Below, piece by piece: positions 12,296-26,624 of a stretch of DNA of 64,000 bases. The stretch is from Eledone cirrhosa (Eukaryota): the NCBI GenBank assembly GCA_964016885.1, contig OZ024759.1, positions 10,230,001-10,294,000 on the forward strand, read 5' to 3'. The position numbers were made by a program, and so were the translations under genes. Within the stretch, counting starts at the first letter, position 1; the number at the start of each line of letters is the position of its first letter. The notes beneath the pieces are model-generated. The model searched no databases. It saw nothing but the letters and a program-made list of their open reading frames with translations, and was not told the origin of the DNA.

Positions 12296-12504
12296 GTAAA
12301 TACAGAAACAGATCATCATCATCATCATCATTTAACGTCCATCTTCCATGCTAGCATGGGTTAGACAATAGGTCAGTCTTTTTGGGTGTTTATTTCTACC
12401 TGAACAATTGTATTTCTGACAGGGCCAGATGAGGTCCTTTTGAGGGTCTGGGTACTGAAGAGATTAGGGTGCCAACACCACCACCTTCACCACTATCACC
12501 ACCA

Positions 12505-12995
12505 TCACCATGATGAGGATGGTGGCGATGGTGGGGGTAATGATGATGATGGTGGCAGTCATGGTGATGGCAGTGGTGATGGTGATGGTGATGATGGTGT
12601 TGGCAGTGGTGATAGTGATGGTGATGTTGGCAGTGGTGATGGTGATGGTGATGTTGGCAGTGGTGATGGTGATGGTGATGTTGGCAGTGGTGATGGTGAT
12701 GGTGATGGTGGTGATGATGTTGGCAATGGTGATGGTGATGGTGATGTTGGCAGTGGTGATGGTGATGTTGGCAGTCGTGATGGTGATGGTGATGTTGGCA
12801 GTGGCAGTGGTGATGGTGTTGGTGTTGGCAGTGGTGATGGTGATGGTGATGTCATTGGTGTTGTTGATGATGGTGTTGGCAGTGGTGATAGTGATGGTGA
12901 TGATGATGGCAGTGGTGATGGTGATGGTGATAACATTGGTGATGATGATGATGGTGTTGGCAGTGATGATAGTGATGGTGATGGTGATGATGGTT
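12505..12995. repeat. (GGTGAT)n degenerate microsatellite
   Basis: Direct reading. Confidence 0.9.
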
Positions 12996-13029
12996 GTCTT
13001 ATTGCCATATATTTGTCTCTCCATTCCAG

Positions 13030-13136
13030 AGGTATTGAATGGGCTGGTTTACATTCCTTCATCTCATTTGCATATCCTGACTCGAATGCTTCCGGACTCG
13101 TAAAGAACGAAATACTCTTGGTTGACATCATTTCAG
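13030..13136 (+). CDS. WDR11: WDR11 exon E
   Basis: ccag|A..G|gtatat; [29 protein letters not shown]; phase 2->1. Confidence 0.93.
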
Positions 13137-14074
13137 GTATATATATATATACATATACACTAGAATTGTTTTCTACAGGCTGACGTATAACTATATATGT
13201 GTGTGTGTGTGTGTGTGTACATTTATCTGTATGAGTATATAAATATAAATGCGCAAACACAGACACACTTACACATATACATTCACACAAACACACATAT
13301 ATATTCACACAAACACATATATTAGCACAAACACACACATATTCACACAAACACACATACATTCACACAAACACACACATATTCACACAAACACACATAT
13401 TCACACAAACACATATACACATACATTCACACAAACACACACATACATACATTCACACAAACACATGTACATACATTCACACAAACACACACATTCATTC
13501 ACACAAACACACACATTCATTCATTCACACAAACACACACATACATTCACACAAACACACACATACATTCACAAACACACATACATTCACACAAACACAC
13601 ATACATTCACACACACACACATTCACACACACATACATTTGCCCTTTGACAGGTTTTGTTTTTAGTCCTGCAGGATGTCCAAAGTCACCCTCCTCACCAA
13701 GAAACCTTGGTAGGGTTGCCAGTTTAGTCGCTAACGACCCGACCATGAGACAGGTTGTACTGGGATACATGTTACCAGTAGCACCAACTGGTGACCTGAC
13801 ATACATACATACATACATACATCTTACAAGGTCACCTGAAAAGATACTCTCATGAAATAAACAAATGAGGTTTATTTTTCAACATAGTCCCTGGAAAGAA
13901 ACAATGCAGTTATTAATAGGGAGAGTTAATGCATGCAAGATTTCATAGCTCTAGCATCACTCCTTCATTGTCATTCTATTAACTTTTCAGCTCATCCCTG
14001 TGTATATCAGCTGTTCCCAACTTAGAGTCCTACATCCCCTGCTACTCTACATAGGGTCTAATAGGGTTATGGAT

Positions 14075-14700
14075 CCCCTGGTGGTCAACAGAGGCAGCAC
14101 TGGAGTCCTCCGTCCCCTGGTGGTCAACAGAGGCAGCACTGGAGTCCTGGGTCCCCTGGTGGTCAACAGAGGCAGTACTGGAGTCCTCCGTCCCCTGGTG
14201 GTCAACAGAGGCAGCACTGGAGTCCTGGGTTCCCTGGTGGTCAATAAAGGCAATACTGGAGTCCTCTGTCCCCTGGTGGTCAACAGAGGCATTACTGGGG
14301 TCCTCTGTCCCCTGGTGGTCAATAAAGGCAGTACTGGAGTCCTGGGTCCCCTGGTGGTCAATAAAGGCAATACTGGAGTCCTGGGTCCCCTGGTGGTCAA
14401 CAGAGGCAGTACTGGAGTCCTCCGTCCCCTGGTGGTCAACAGAGGTAGTACTGGAGTGCTCCGTCCCCTGATTGTCAACACGCACAATACTGGGGTCCTA
14501 AGTCCCCTAATAGTCTACAGGAGTAGTATTAGAGTACTAAGCCCCCTGGTGGTCAACAGGCACAATACTAGGGTCCTAAGTCCCCTAATAGTCTACAGAG
14601 GTAGTATTAGAGTACTAGGCCGCCTGATAGTCAACAGGGCACAATACTAGGGTCCTAAGTCCCCTAATATTCTACAGAGGTAGTCCTAGGTCCCCTAGTA
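14075..14700. repeat. 39-bp minisatellite after a hAT-like end (cagctgttcccaac, 14028)
   Basis: cccctggtggtcaacagaggcagcactggagtcct units; other TIR not found. Confidence 0.8.
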
Positions 14701-15197
14701 CTCTACCAAGGTAGTACTGGCATCCCCTGTTGGTTCATACACCCCAGTATTAGACTACTTTCTGGAGGCAATATACAAAATATAAATAATTATGTATAAA
14801 TAATTAATTAGATATATATAATTAGATGATGATATAATTAGATATATATAATTAGATGATGATATAATTAGATATATATAATTAGATATATATAATTAGA
14901 TGATGATATAATTAGATATATATAATTAGATATATATAATTAGATGATGATATAATTAGATATATATAATTAGATGATGATATAATTAGATATATATAAT
15001 TAGATATATATAATTAGATGATGATATAATTAGATATATATAATTAGATATATATAATTAGATATATATAATTAGATATATATAATTAGATGATGATACA
15101 ATTAGATATATATAATTAGATATATGTTGAACAATGAAAACAAAGGCGAATTTAGTGTTTAATCAGTTCGCTTTTGTTTTCATTATTCATCACATTG

Positions 15198-15329
15198 AAT
15201 CCCGCCGAGGTTAAATTTGCCTTTAATCCTTACGGGGTCGATAAAATAAAGTACCAGTAATGTACTGGGGTCAATTTAATTGACTTTCCCTTCCCCCAAA
15301 ATTGCTGGCCTTGTGCCTATATAAGAAAC
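15198..15329 (+). mobile_element. 5'-truncated Nin-domain SINE
   Basis: gcctttaatccttacggggtcgataaaataaagtaccag; 17-bp TSD cattattcatcacattg. Confidence 0.82.
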
Positions 15330-15418
15330 CATTATTCATCACATTGGATTCTTTAGAGCATTCTAACGAGCTACAGTCAATCAGGGGTAACCACAGTTCT
15401 AGTCCTGTAGAAGCCATT

Positions 15419-15469
<51 letters not shown>

Positions 15470-15838
15470 AATAAGGGAGCTGCGGAGTTGCAAATGGGTT
15501 ACATATGAAAAAAGTTTGTCCTTCATCAGTGATCTTCCAACCATCATAGGCATTTCATCGCTTTAAAGACCATATACCTCCGGTTGGTGCGAGCAACGGC
15601 TAAAAAAAGTCGTTGGGACACGTAAATAAGGAGGACGCGAGGGTAAACAAACAAAATGGTGAGGCAACAGAAAGTGAGGAAGAAAGAGACAAGTCCCAGA
15701 TTTCTATGAATTTAAGTTCGGTGAAATCGTGAACGAGAGAATAAAGACCATCAAACCTGGTTGAAATGTGAGCAAGGAAGGAATTTCGCACAGGTCTAAC
15801 GGGAGGAAGAAGGGGTCTGCGAATTCGGTAAACATAAG

Positions 15839-15878
<40 letters not shown>

Positions 15879-16680
15879 TAGCGAGAATTGTATTTCAGCT
15901 CAGGAATTAACGAAAATCAACTTCCGAGTTGTGTGGCAAATGCTCAATGATTCATATGAATCAGAGCTACAACATACATTAAGGGCCAAACACACTGAGA
16001 TGGTGGTTAAACATATCATCCGCACTGCCAAAATAAATGACCAAGTAATTCGGGTCAGACAATAAAAATATATGTGATTGAAAATTTACCCGGACCCCTG
16101 GGTGGTTGGTAAAACCCAGTATTTGGGTTTCTGCGACTCCATAAATCAGGTACTGTCCGTTTACATAAAGAATGTTAGGCTTCTGGTAAGAGGATTGAAC
16201 AAGGGAGCCGTGTTATCAACGGGTTTTTGCTCAAAATGCTATACATAAGTGTGCCTATTACTGACCCCACGTGGAGTTCAGCAAGGGAGGCAACACCTAT
16301 ATTAGGCGAATGAATTCAGTTGTGTATAATATTGCGAGAATGCAAAATATCACAAATCGAATAAAGCTCTCGACAGAATGGTTAAATATAACATAGCTAT
16401 TCATCAGTCAATAGAAGCAACAAAAAATCAATAAAATTAACTGCTCAATAGCTAGACTCTGGAGATTAATACAAATATAAATTAGCGAGAATCGTATTTC
16501 AGCTCAGGAATTAACGAAAATCAACTTCCCAGATGTGTGACAAGCGCTCGATGATTCATATGAATCAGAGCTACAACATACATTAAGGGCCAAACACACT
16601 GAGATGATGGTTAAACATATCATCCGCACTGGCAAAATAAACGACCAAGTAATTCGGGTCAAACAATAAAAATATATAAA
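15470..16680. mobile_element. Penelope-like remnants: copy of the 6303-6665 family, then an element with ~200-bp direct repeats
   Basis: Direct repeats ~15872-16071 and ~16474-16677; (TA)n flanks. Confidence 0.5.
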
Positions 16681-17361
16681 GAATCCAATGTGATGAATAA
16701 TGATTTCTTATATATATAGGCACGCATATAAAATTTAAAAAACACAACAAAAACATAAACAAACCCCTCTTAAAGGGAGACTACTCTTTACCCACCTAAT
16801 TTTAATTATTTGATATTAAAGTTAGAACTCTATACTATTTCCGGTCAGCATGGCTTCATTGGAAATTTAAGACGCTGGTCTGAGACTTTTACTTCCCTCC
16901 GAAGAAGAGATATTATCTCGAAAATTAAGGACATTTAAATAAATTCAAGGTGAAAGACGAATTCTCATCAATATCTCTCACTATTGCATTCTTTTTTCTA
17001 TGTCCATATCTGCATTGTTTTGGCCTTATTACACATATTCTAACGTTTATACCTCATTACACAATGCTTCAAGTGAACTATAACCTCCTCCTATATATAT
17101 ATATGCAGGAGGTGACTTTTATTGTAGTACAATAAAGCAATGCAGATATCGGATAAGTAGCACTCTACAGTTTGTAGGACTGGAGTATAAATAATATAAT
17201 ATATATGTTGATTTAAAACTGCACTATTCACAAGTGTTTTTTAACCTTCATATCATGTCTCCCTATTTTATCTGACGAAAACGCAAATGTCATCGCATGA
17301 TGATATTTGTTTTTGAAATGCGCATAATAAAATACATGGAACTCTTTTAACCATCTTTTGA

Positions 17362-18994
17362 TCTTATATATTATATATATATTATATATATAATATATAG
17401 GAAAAGAGTCAGGACCCCGACAGCTGAGCTCCATCCGTTTCGACAGCTAGATCTGAACTGAGGAAGGTAGGGGTGATGACGTTGACTGAGGAAGGAGGGG
17501 GGATAACGTTGACCGAGGAAGGAAGGGGGGATAACGTCGACTGAGGAAGGAAGGGGGGGATAACGTCAACTGAGGAAGGAAGGGGTGATAATGTTGACTG
17601 AGGAAGGAAGGGGTGATAATGTTGACTGAGGAAGGAAGGGGTGATGACGTTGACTGAGGAAGGAGGGGGGATAACGTTGACTGAGGAAGGAAGGGGTGAT
17701 AATGTTGACTGAGGAAGGAAGGGGTGATAATGTTGACTGAGGAAGGAAGGGGGGATAACGTCGACTGAGGAAGGAAGGGGTGATAATGTTGACTGAGGAA
17801 GGAAGGGCGGCAGCGTCTAATATTTGCTATACCTGTGTGTCTATATGTATAGCAAATTGACTATACACCTTGGCTGTTATGATTATGTGTTTGTATTAAT
17901 TATATTTATATATAATATGTATGTGGGTGTATATGTGTTAGTGTGTGTTTATTTAGAAAGATACATAGGCAACAGAATTACAAACACACACATCTACACA
18001 TACATATATATAAACAGACACACTTAGAAAAATAATTATTACATACACACACATCTATGTGATGACTGAGGAAGGTTGGGAGGGGGTTTAAGAAACTATA
18101 GAGGTCCAGTGTTGTAAGACTCGTCACAGCTGTGTGTGTGTATGTGTGTAACGAATTGGCTACACACATTGGCTGTGTTTGTATGTGTGTAACGAATTGG
18201 CTACACACATTGGCTGTATGTGTGTATGTGTGTAACGAATTGGCTACACACATTGGCTGTGTTTGTATGTGTGTAACGAATTGGCTACACACATTGGTTG
18301 TGTTTGTATGTGTGTAACGAATTGGCTACACACATTGGCTGTGTGTGTGTATGTGTGTAACGAATTGGCTACACACATTGGCTGTGTTTGTATGTGTGTA
18401 ACGAATTGGCTACACACATTGGCTGTGTGTTTGTATGTGTGTAACTAATTGGCTACACACATTGGCTGCGTGTTTGTATGTGTATAACTAATTGGCTACA
18501 CACATTGGCTGCGTGTTTGTATGTGTATAACGAATTGGCTACACACATTGGCTGTGTGTTTGTATGTGTATAACTAATTGGCTACACACATTGGCTGCGT
18601 GTTTGTATGTGTATAACGAATGTTTGTATCACTTGGGTGATTGAATGCGAAGGAACCAACCAACAAACATCTCTTTTTTATATTATTTATATATATTACA
18701 ATTAGCTGTCATATGTGATGACTGAGGAAGGTTGGGAGGGGGTTTAAGAAACTATAGAGGTCCAGCGTTGTAAGATTCGTCACAGCTGTGTGTTTGTATG
18801 TGTGTAACGAATTGGCTACACACATTGGCTGTGTTTGTATGTGTGTAACAAATTGGCTACACACATTGGCTGTGTGTTTGTATGTGTGTATTACTTGTGT
18901 GATTGAGTGCGAGGGAACCAACCAACAAACATCTCTTTTTTATATTATGTATAGATATTACAATTAGCCGTCATTTTTTATGGCACGGGGCTAG
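17362..18994 (+). mobile_element. Non-autonomous Helitron with internal ~28-bp and ~42-bp arrays
   Basis: A|TC start; subterminal hairpin gccgt..atggc; CTAG|T end. Confidence 0.68.
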
Positions 18995-19629
18995 TTATAT
19001 AAACTAGCAGAAAAACCATCCTTCGGGTGGTTTTCTGCTAGCATGTGTAGTGTGTATATTGATATTATACGCAAGTATATATATATGTAGATATGATACA
19101 TCAAATAACATCGTAATTGACAATATACACAGAAATTGAATGAAGACTATTATTACACTGTCTTATGTAATCAGTAACGTAATCCATGAAACATTAAAAA
19201 AAGAAGATATTATATATAAACTGCATTAGGAGAAAATTAGTGACAGAAATATATGAATGTTTATTTAAGCGATCGCTAACCGGAAGTGTTGACATTTGAA
19301 AATTTTAAAGAAGTGAATCTTTAAATAAACAAAATATAGTAGATACATTATGTAATATTCATTCATTGTGGATTGGCAGTATCGGTAGAGGGTCGGACGC
19401 CATGCTTTGCAGCAAAGAGTTACGGCTCTTTATGGTCTGAGTTCAAATCCCGCTGAGGTTAACTTTGCCAGTAATACACTGGGATAATTGCTGGTCTTGT
19501 GCCAAAAAGTAGAAACAATTATTTTCATTTGTCTTTAAATTTACTTTTTATTTCTATTCATTTAATTTTCAAATTCTTTTGTCTTTTCTGTTATCTTTTC
19601 TCAAGAGACATTTTTCATCTGAAAACATT

Positions 19630-20850
19630 GTGTATATATATATATATATGTGTGTGTGTGCGTCTGTGTATGTGTGTGTGTGCGTGTGTGTGTTTATATG
19701 CATACATTTATATGTATGAGTATATAAATATGTATATATGTGTGTGTGTGTATGTGTGTGTGTGCGTGTGTGTGTTTATATGCATACATTTATATGTATG
19801 AGTATATAAATATGTATGTGTGTGTGTGGGTGCGTATGTGTATGTGTGTGTGTGTGCGTCTGTGTATGTTTATATGCATACATTTATATGTATGAGTATA
19901 TAAATATGTATGTGTGTGTGTGCGTCTGTGTATGTGTGTGTGTGTGCGTCTGTGTATGTTTATATGCATACATTTATATGTATGAGTATATAAATATATA
20001 TGTGTATGTGTGGGGGTGCGTCTGTGTATGTGTGTGTGTGCGTGTGTGTGTTTATATGCATACATTTATATGTATGAGTATATAAATATGTATGTGTGTG
20101 TGTGGGTGCGTCTGTGTATGTGTGTGTGTGTGTGCGTGTGTGTGTTTATATGCATACATTTATATGTATGAGTATATAAATATGTATGTGTGTGTGTGGG
20201 TGCGTCTGTGTGTGTGTGTGCGTCTGTATGTTTATATGCATACATTTATATGTATGAGTATATAAATATATGTGTGTGTGTGGGGGTGCGTCTGTGTATG
20301 TGTGTGTGTGCGTGTGTGTGTTTATATGCATACATTTATATGTATGAGTATATAAATATGTATGTGTGTGTGTGGGTGCGTCTGTGTATGTGTGTGTGTG
20401 CGTGTGTGTGTTTATATGCATACATTTATATGTTTGAGTATATAAATATATATGTGTGTATGTGGGTGCGTCTGTGTATGTGTGTGTGTGCGTCTGTGTA
20501 TGTTTATATGCATTCATTTATATGTATGAGTATATAAATATATGTGTGTGGGGGTGCGTCTGTGTATGTGTGTGTGTGCGTCTGTGTATGTTTATATGCA
20601 TTCATTTATATGTATGAGTATATAAATATATATGTGTGTGTGTGGGGGTGCGTCTGTGTATGTGTGTGTGTGTGCGTCTGTGTATGTTTATATGCATACA
20701 TTTATATGTATGAGTATATAAATATATATGTGTGTGTGTGGGGGTGCGTCTGTGTATGTGTGTGTGTGTGCGTCTGTGTATGTTTATATGCATACATTTA
20801 TATGTATGAGTATATAAATATGTATGTGTGTGTGGGGGGGTGCGTCTGTG
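19630..20850. repeat. Compound ~80-bp repeat with (TG)n spacers
   Basis: tttatatgcatacatttatatgtatgagtatataaat core repeated. Confidence 0.88.
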
Positions 20851-20981
20851 TAATCTAGTCATCTGTGTAATCTAGTCAAAGTAATCCAACTTATTTTACT
20901 AATGGGATAAAACATTATAAACCGTACGCAGTCCTGCACTCCTTACTTTATTATAGTTTAGATAATCACCCTTTTTTACAG

Positions 20982-21054
20982 GGAATGAAACCTCGCTCCG
21001 GGTGCAACGAGATGAGGAATCTCCTATCCATGCTTTACGTGTCTCACCAATGAG
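20982..21054 (+). CDS. WDR11: WDR11 exon F
   Basis: ttttttacag|GG..AG|gtaagt; GNETSLRVQRDEESPIHALRVSPMR fills the expected gap; phase 1->2. Confidence 0.88.
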
Positions 21055-21399
21055 GTAAGTTTTCAGTTTTTCACCTGGGGTACATGACACAACTTTATAC
21101 TCACTCTATACTCTAGCTTTTCTGTTGGACATTTAACCAGGATCATTTCATTGTTATTTTGGGGTGGATTGGCAGTATCGGTAGAGGGTCGGACACCATG
21201 CTTTTGACGCATAGAGTTACGGCCCTTTATGATCTGAGTTCAAATCCCGCCGAGGTTAACTTTGCCTTTCATCCTTACGAGGTCGATAAAATAAAGTACC
21301 AGTAATGTACTGGGGTAATTGCTGGCCTTGTGCCTAACGTAGAAATAATTATTATTTTGGTGAAGGGGGGGGGGGATTAACAGTAGTAGTAAGTAGTAG

Positions 21400-21762
21400 T
21401 AGTTACTACTGCTGCTGCTACTACTTCTGTTGCTACTACTACTACTACTACTATTGCTGCTGCTACTACTACTACTGCTGTTGCTACTACTATTACTACT
21501 GCCACTACTACTATTACCACCACCACTACTACTACTGCTGCTGCTGCTGCTACCACCACTACTACTACTACTACTGATGCTGCTGTTACCACCACTACTA
21601 CTACTGCTGCTGCTGCTACTACTACTGCTGCTGCTACCACCACTACTACTACTATTTCTACTGCTACTACTGCTCCTGCTACCACTACTACCACCACCAC
21701 CACTACTACTATTGCTACTCCTGCTACTACTACTACTACCACCACCACCACTACTACTTCTG

Positions 21763-21794
<32 letters not shown>

Positions 21795-21918
21795 GCTACT
21801 CCTGCTACTACTACTACTATTACCACCACTACTACTACTACTACCACTACTACTACTACTACTGCTACTATTACCACCACCACCACTACTACTACTACCA
21901 CTACTACTACTGCTGTTC

Positions 21919-21970
<52 letters not shown>

Positions 21971-21980
21971 CACTACCACC

Positions 21981-22026
<46 letters not shown>

Positions 22027-22085
22027 TTACCACCACCACCACCACTACCACCACTACTACTACTACTACTGCTACTACTACTGTC
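21400..22085. repeat. (CTA/CCA/CTG)n microsatellite
   Basis: Direct reading. Confidence 0.9.
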
Positions 22086-22144
22086 AATAAGTAATCTACC
22101 CATCGAGGAACAGTGGATTTAATTGTGTTTTCGTTTCTTTGTAG

Positions 22145-22253
22145 GCAATATTTTGTAATTACATTTAAAGACAAACCTTTTGAATTGTGGGACTTGAAGA
22201 ATTTATCTCTGTTGCGAGATGTGAGGAAGAGTTCAGCCCGGATGACGGCAGTG
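22145..22253 (+). CDS. WDR11: WDR11 exon G
   Basis: gtag|G..GTG|gtaagt; QYFVITFKDKPFELWDLKNLSLLRDV; phase 2->0. Confidence 0.93.
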
Positions 22254-23222
22254 GTAAGTTTTAGAGATTATATAGATTTGGGGAATATTTTCTCTTCTTC
22301 TCAATGACATCAGTGGTACTGTATCATCATCATCATCGTCCTAAGCTAAGGGATATGTGACCAAACAATTGATGGTGAAACGGGGTCAGGAGCCAGTGTG
22401 TGTGTGTGTGTGTGTGTGACAGCTCACACCTATGCAGGTTTAGCTGGCCTCCTCCAAGGTATATCTCGTTGGAGGTGTCTTGGGTAATTTAATGAGAGGG
22501 ACCCCAGTTCTATCATCTCATTTCTACAGCTGAGTAAACTGGAGCAATGTGAAATAAAGTGTCTTGCTCAAGGAAACAACACATCACCCGGTTGGAGAAT
22601 TGAACTCACAACCTTTCGATTGCAAGCCCAATGCTCTAACCACTAAACCATGCGCCTTCATATATGCCATGTAAACAATATGTTGATTAGCTGCCTCGGT
22701 TTATAAATGAAGTTTGGATTTTTGGTTGGTTTTAGGAAGGTCATCCAACCATAGAAAACCTGCCAGATACAGTCCTATACGAGTGAGACACGGCCACCTG
22801 ATAAATCTTGCCTCAAGTGGGACAATTCCCGTCTAACCCATACTAGCTTGGAAGATAGACGTTAAACGATGATGATGATTCTCAGACATAAAATAGGGCT
22901 CAACTTATCTTTAGATCACTTTATATTCGAGTATATCTTCAGATCAACTTATATTCGAGTATATCTTCAGATCACCTTATATTCGAGTATATCTTCAGAT
23001 CACCTTATATTCGAGTATATCTTTAGATCACCTTATATTCGAGTATATCTTTAGATCACCTTATATTCGAGTATATACGCTAAGTCGTGGAGATGATTTT
23101 TTTAAAGTCATTCGAGTATATACGCTAAGTCGTGGAGATGATTTTTGGAGACATATTCCTTCTTCTAACTGTGGTATATCTTAGGGAGATAGCTATATTG
23201 GAATATATCTCTTCTTTTAAAA

Positions 23223-24841
23223 CAGCAGTTGCCAACTTTTCGGATCTCACAGACAAATAAATTTATAATTTTAAATCGCATGGTCCAGTAATATGAATTA
23301 ATTGTCAATAGTTGAAACAATACTGAAGTGTACATGTGTCATATTGTCACTAGATGATACATATGTGTAAAATACTGACCAGAGAACTTCCATTTTATTA
23401 AACAATACTGAAGTGTACCTGTGTCATATTGTCACTAGATGATATATATGTGTAAAATACTGAACAGAGAACTTCTATTTTATTAAACAATACTGAAGTG
23501 TACCTGTGACATATTGTCAATAGATGATATATATGTGTAAAATACTGACCAGAGAACTTCTATTTTATTAAACAATACTGAAGTGTACCTGTCATATTGT
23601 CACTAGATGATACATATGTGTAAAATACTGACCAGAGAACTTCCATTTTATTAAACAATACTGAAGTGTACCTGTGACATATTGTCAATAGATGATATAT
23701 ATGTGTAAAATACTGACCAGAGAACTTCCATTTTATTAAACAATACTGAAGTGTACCTGTGACATATTGTCACTAGATGATATATATGTGTAAAATACTG
23801 ACCAGAGAACTTCCATTTTATTAAACAATACTGAAGTGTACCTGTGTCATATTGTCAATAGATGATAAATATGTGTAAAATACTGACCAGAGAACTTCTA
23901 TTTTATTAAACAATACTGAAGTGTACATGTGTCATATTGTCACTAGATGATATATATGTGTAAAATACTGACCAGAGAACTTCTATTTTATTAAACAATA
24001 CTGAAGTGTACCTGTGTCATATTGTCAATAGATGATATATATGTGTAAAATACTGACCAGAGAACTTCTATTTTATTAAACAATACTGAAGTGTACCTGT
24101 GACATATTGTCACTAGATGATACATATGTGTAAAATACTGACCAGAGAACTTCTATTTTATTAAACAATACTGAAGTGTACCTGTGTCATATTGTCAATA
24201 TATGATACATATGTGTAAAATACTGACCAGAGAACTTCTATTTTATTAAACAATACTGAAGTGTACCTGTGTCATATTGTCGATAGATGATATATATGTG
24301 TAAAATACTGACCAGAGAACTTCTATTTTATTAAACAATACTGAAGTGTACCTGTGTCATATTGTCAATAGATGATATATATGTGTAAAATACTGACCAG
24401 AGAACTTCTATTTTATTAAACAATACTGAAGTGTACCTGTGTCATATTGTCGATAGATGATATATATGTGTAAAATTCTTTCATGGATGTTAGTTCTTTA
24501 CTGAGGGGAAACATTTTTTAGGGGGGGTTATAAAATATATTTTAACTGAATATTATTTTTGTTTTATTATTAGTAAATCAGGGTGGGGGATTGGCAGTAT
24601 TGGTAGAGCGACGGGCACCATGCTTCGCAGCATAGAGTTACGATCCTGCCGAGGTTAACTTTGCCTTTCATCCTTACAGAGTCGATAAAATAAAGTACCA
24701 GTAATGCACTGGGATAATTGCTGGCCTTGGGCCAAAAGTAGAAACAATTATTAGTAAATTATAAAAATTGCAAATAATGCCCACATTTTTTTGCGGACCA
24801 CCAAAATTTTCTCTTGGACCACCAGTGGTTGGTGACCGCTG
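23223..24841. mobile_element. Non-autonomous hAT element with 85-bp array (~13 units) and nested SINE
   Basis: TIR cagcagttgccaac/gttggtgaccgctg; degenerate 8-bp TSD; same family as 44193-45700. Confidence 0.75.
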
Positions 24842-25489
24842 GTCTAAAAGATATTTGTGGTCGGTCTTAGAAATATAGCTATCTTTTTTTAATACATTAC
24901 AAAACTACCTGCTTGTGAAATTAACATGCAAGTGGCTGAACATTCCACAAACATGTCCCTTTAACACACTTCTCGGGGAGATCTAGCTTTGTCACAGTGT
25001 GACAAAGCTGGCCTGTTTGAATTGCAGGTACATCTTATGTTTTCCATTTGAGGTGACTGGAGCAAGGTGAAATAAATGAAAAACCTGCTTAAGGACACAC
25101 TGCACCACCGGGAATTTAACCCCTTATTTTCTGACTGTGGTTCAAACACCCTAAACACTAAACCATGTATCTTTACTGTCAAGAAGAGTATTTTATGAAA
25201 AAGATCTGGGCAATTTGGTAGAATCCTTTCAGTATTGGAGGTTTGTTCTGTGTGTCTTCAGTTCTGAGTTCAAACCCCACCAAGGTCAACTAGTACCTTT
25301 TGAGGTTGATAAAGAGTACCAACCCAGCTCAGTGATGGTGCAGGCCCTCTTTTTCCAGCTGCCACATCTTGGATGCTCCACTAGATCAAGGAGGAGCAGG
25401 GTTGTGAAGGTGTTTATGTCTGGTCAGGTCCACTTTGCCTTTTATCCTTTTGAGGTTGATAAAAAACCAACTCAACCCAACCCAACCCA

Positions 25490-26430
25490 ACCCAGCCTAG
25501 CCTAGTGCTGGTGTCACCCTCTCTTCCACTTCCAGTTGTAACTACCCAGCCTAGCCTAGTGCTGGTGTCACCCTCTCTCCCACTTCCAGTTGTAACTACC
25601 CAGCCTAGCCTAGTGCTGGTGTCACCCTCTCTCCCACTTCCAGCTGTAACAACCCAGCCTAGCCTAGTGCTGGTGTCACCCTCTCTCCACTTCCAGCTGT
25701 AACAACCCAGCCTAGCCTAGTGCTGGGGTCAACCTCTCTCCCACTTCCAGCTGTAACAACCCAGGCTAGCCTAGTGCTGGTGTCACCCTCTCTCCCACTT
25801 CCAGCTGTAACAACCCAGCCTAGCCTAGTGCTGGGGTCACCCTCTCTCCCACTTCCAGCTGTAACAACCCAGGCTAGCCTAGTGCTGGGGTCACCCTCTC
25901 TCCCACTTCCAGCTGTAACAACCCAGGCTAGCCTAGTGCTGGTGTCACCCTCTCTCCCACTTCCAGCTGTAACAACCCAGCCTAGCCTAGTGCTGGTGTC
26001 ACCCTCTCTCCCACTTCCAGCTGTAACAACCCAGCCTAGCCTAGTGCTGGGGTCACCCTCTCTCCCACTTCCAGCTGTAACAACCCAGCCTAGCCTAGTG
26101 CTGGGGTCACCCTCTCTCCCACTTCCAGTTGTAACAACCCAGCCTAGCCTAGTGCTGGTGTCACCCTCTCTCCCACTTCCAGCTGTAACAACCCAAACCA
26201 ACCCAGCCTAGCCTAGTTCTGGGTTCAACCTCTCTCCCACTTCCAGCTGTAACAACCCAAACCAACCCAGCCTAGCCTAGTGCTGGGTTCAACCTCTCTC
26301 CCACTTCCAGCCGTAACAACCCAATCCAACCCAGCCCAGCCGAGTGCTGAGGGTCAACCTTTCTCCCACTTCCAGCCGTAACAACCCAATCCAACCCAGC
26401 CCAGCCTAGTGCTGGGGGTCAACCTTTCTA
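25490..26430. repeat. 54-bp minisatellite after a degenerate Nin-SINE
   Basis: cctagcctagtgctggtgtcaccctctctcccacttccagctgtaacaacccag units. Confidence 0.9.
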
Positions 26431-26462
26431 CTCCTAGTTAATTTATTTGCTGTCTCGTGTAG

Positions 26463-26596
26463 GAATGGTTTCCCGCCTCTAACATTCGGACATTGAAGAG
26501 GAAGCTCAATACTGAATCCAAGGACTCTGATTCAACAACGAACATCAACAGTGAAACTCTTTCTTCATCTTTGTCTAATCTAGAGAATTCCACAAA
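26463..26596 (+). CDS. WDR11: WDR11 exon H
   Basis: gtag|GAA..AA|gtaaga; EWFPASNIRTLKRK (cf. EWSPSHNLKSLRKK); phase 0->2. Confidence 0.88.
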
Positions 26597-26624
26597 GTAA
26601 GAGTTTCTTGAGTTTATTTAGAAA

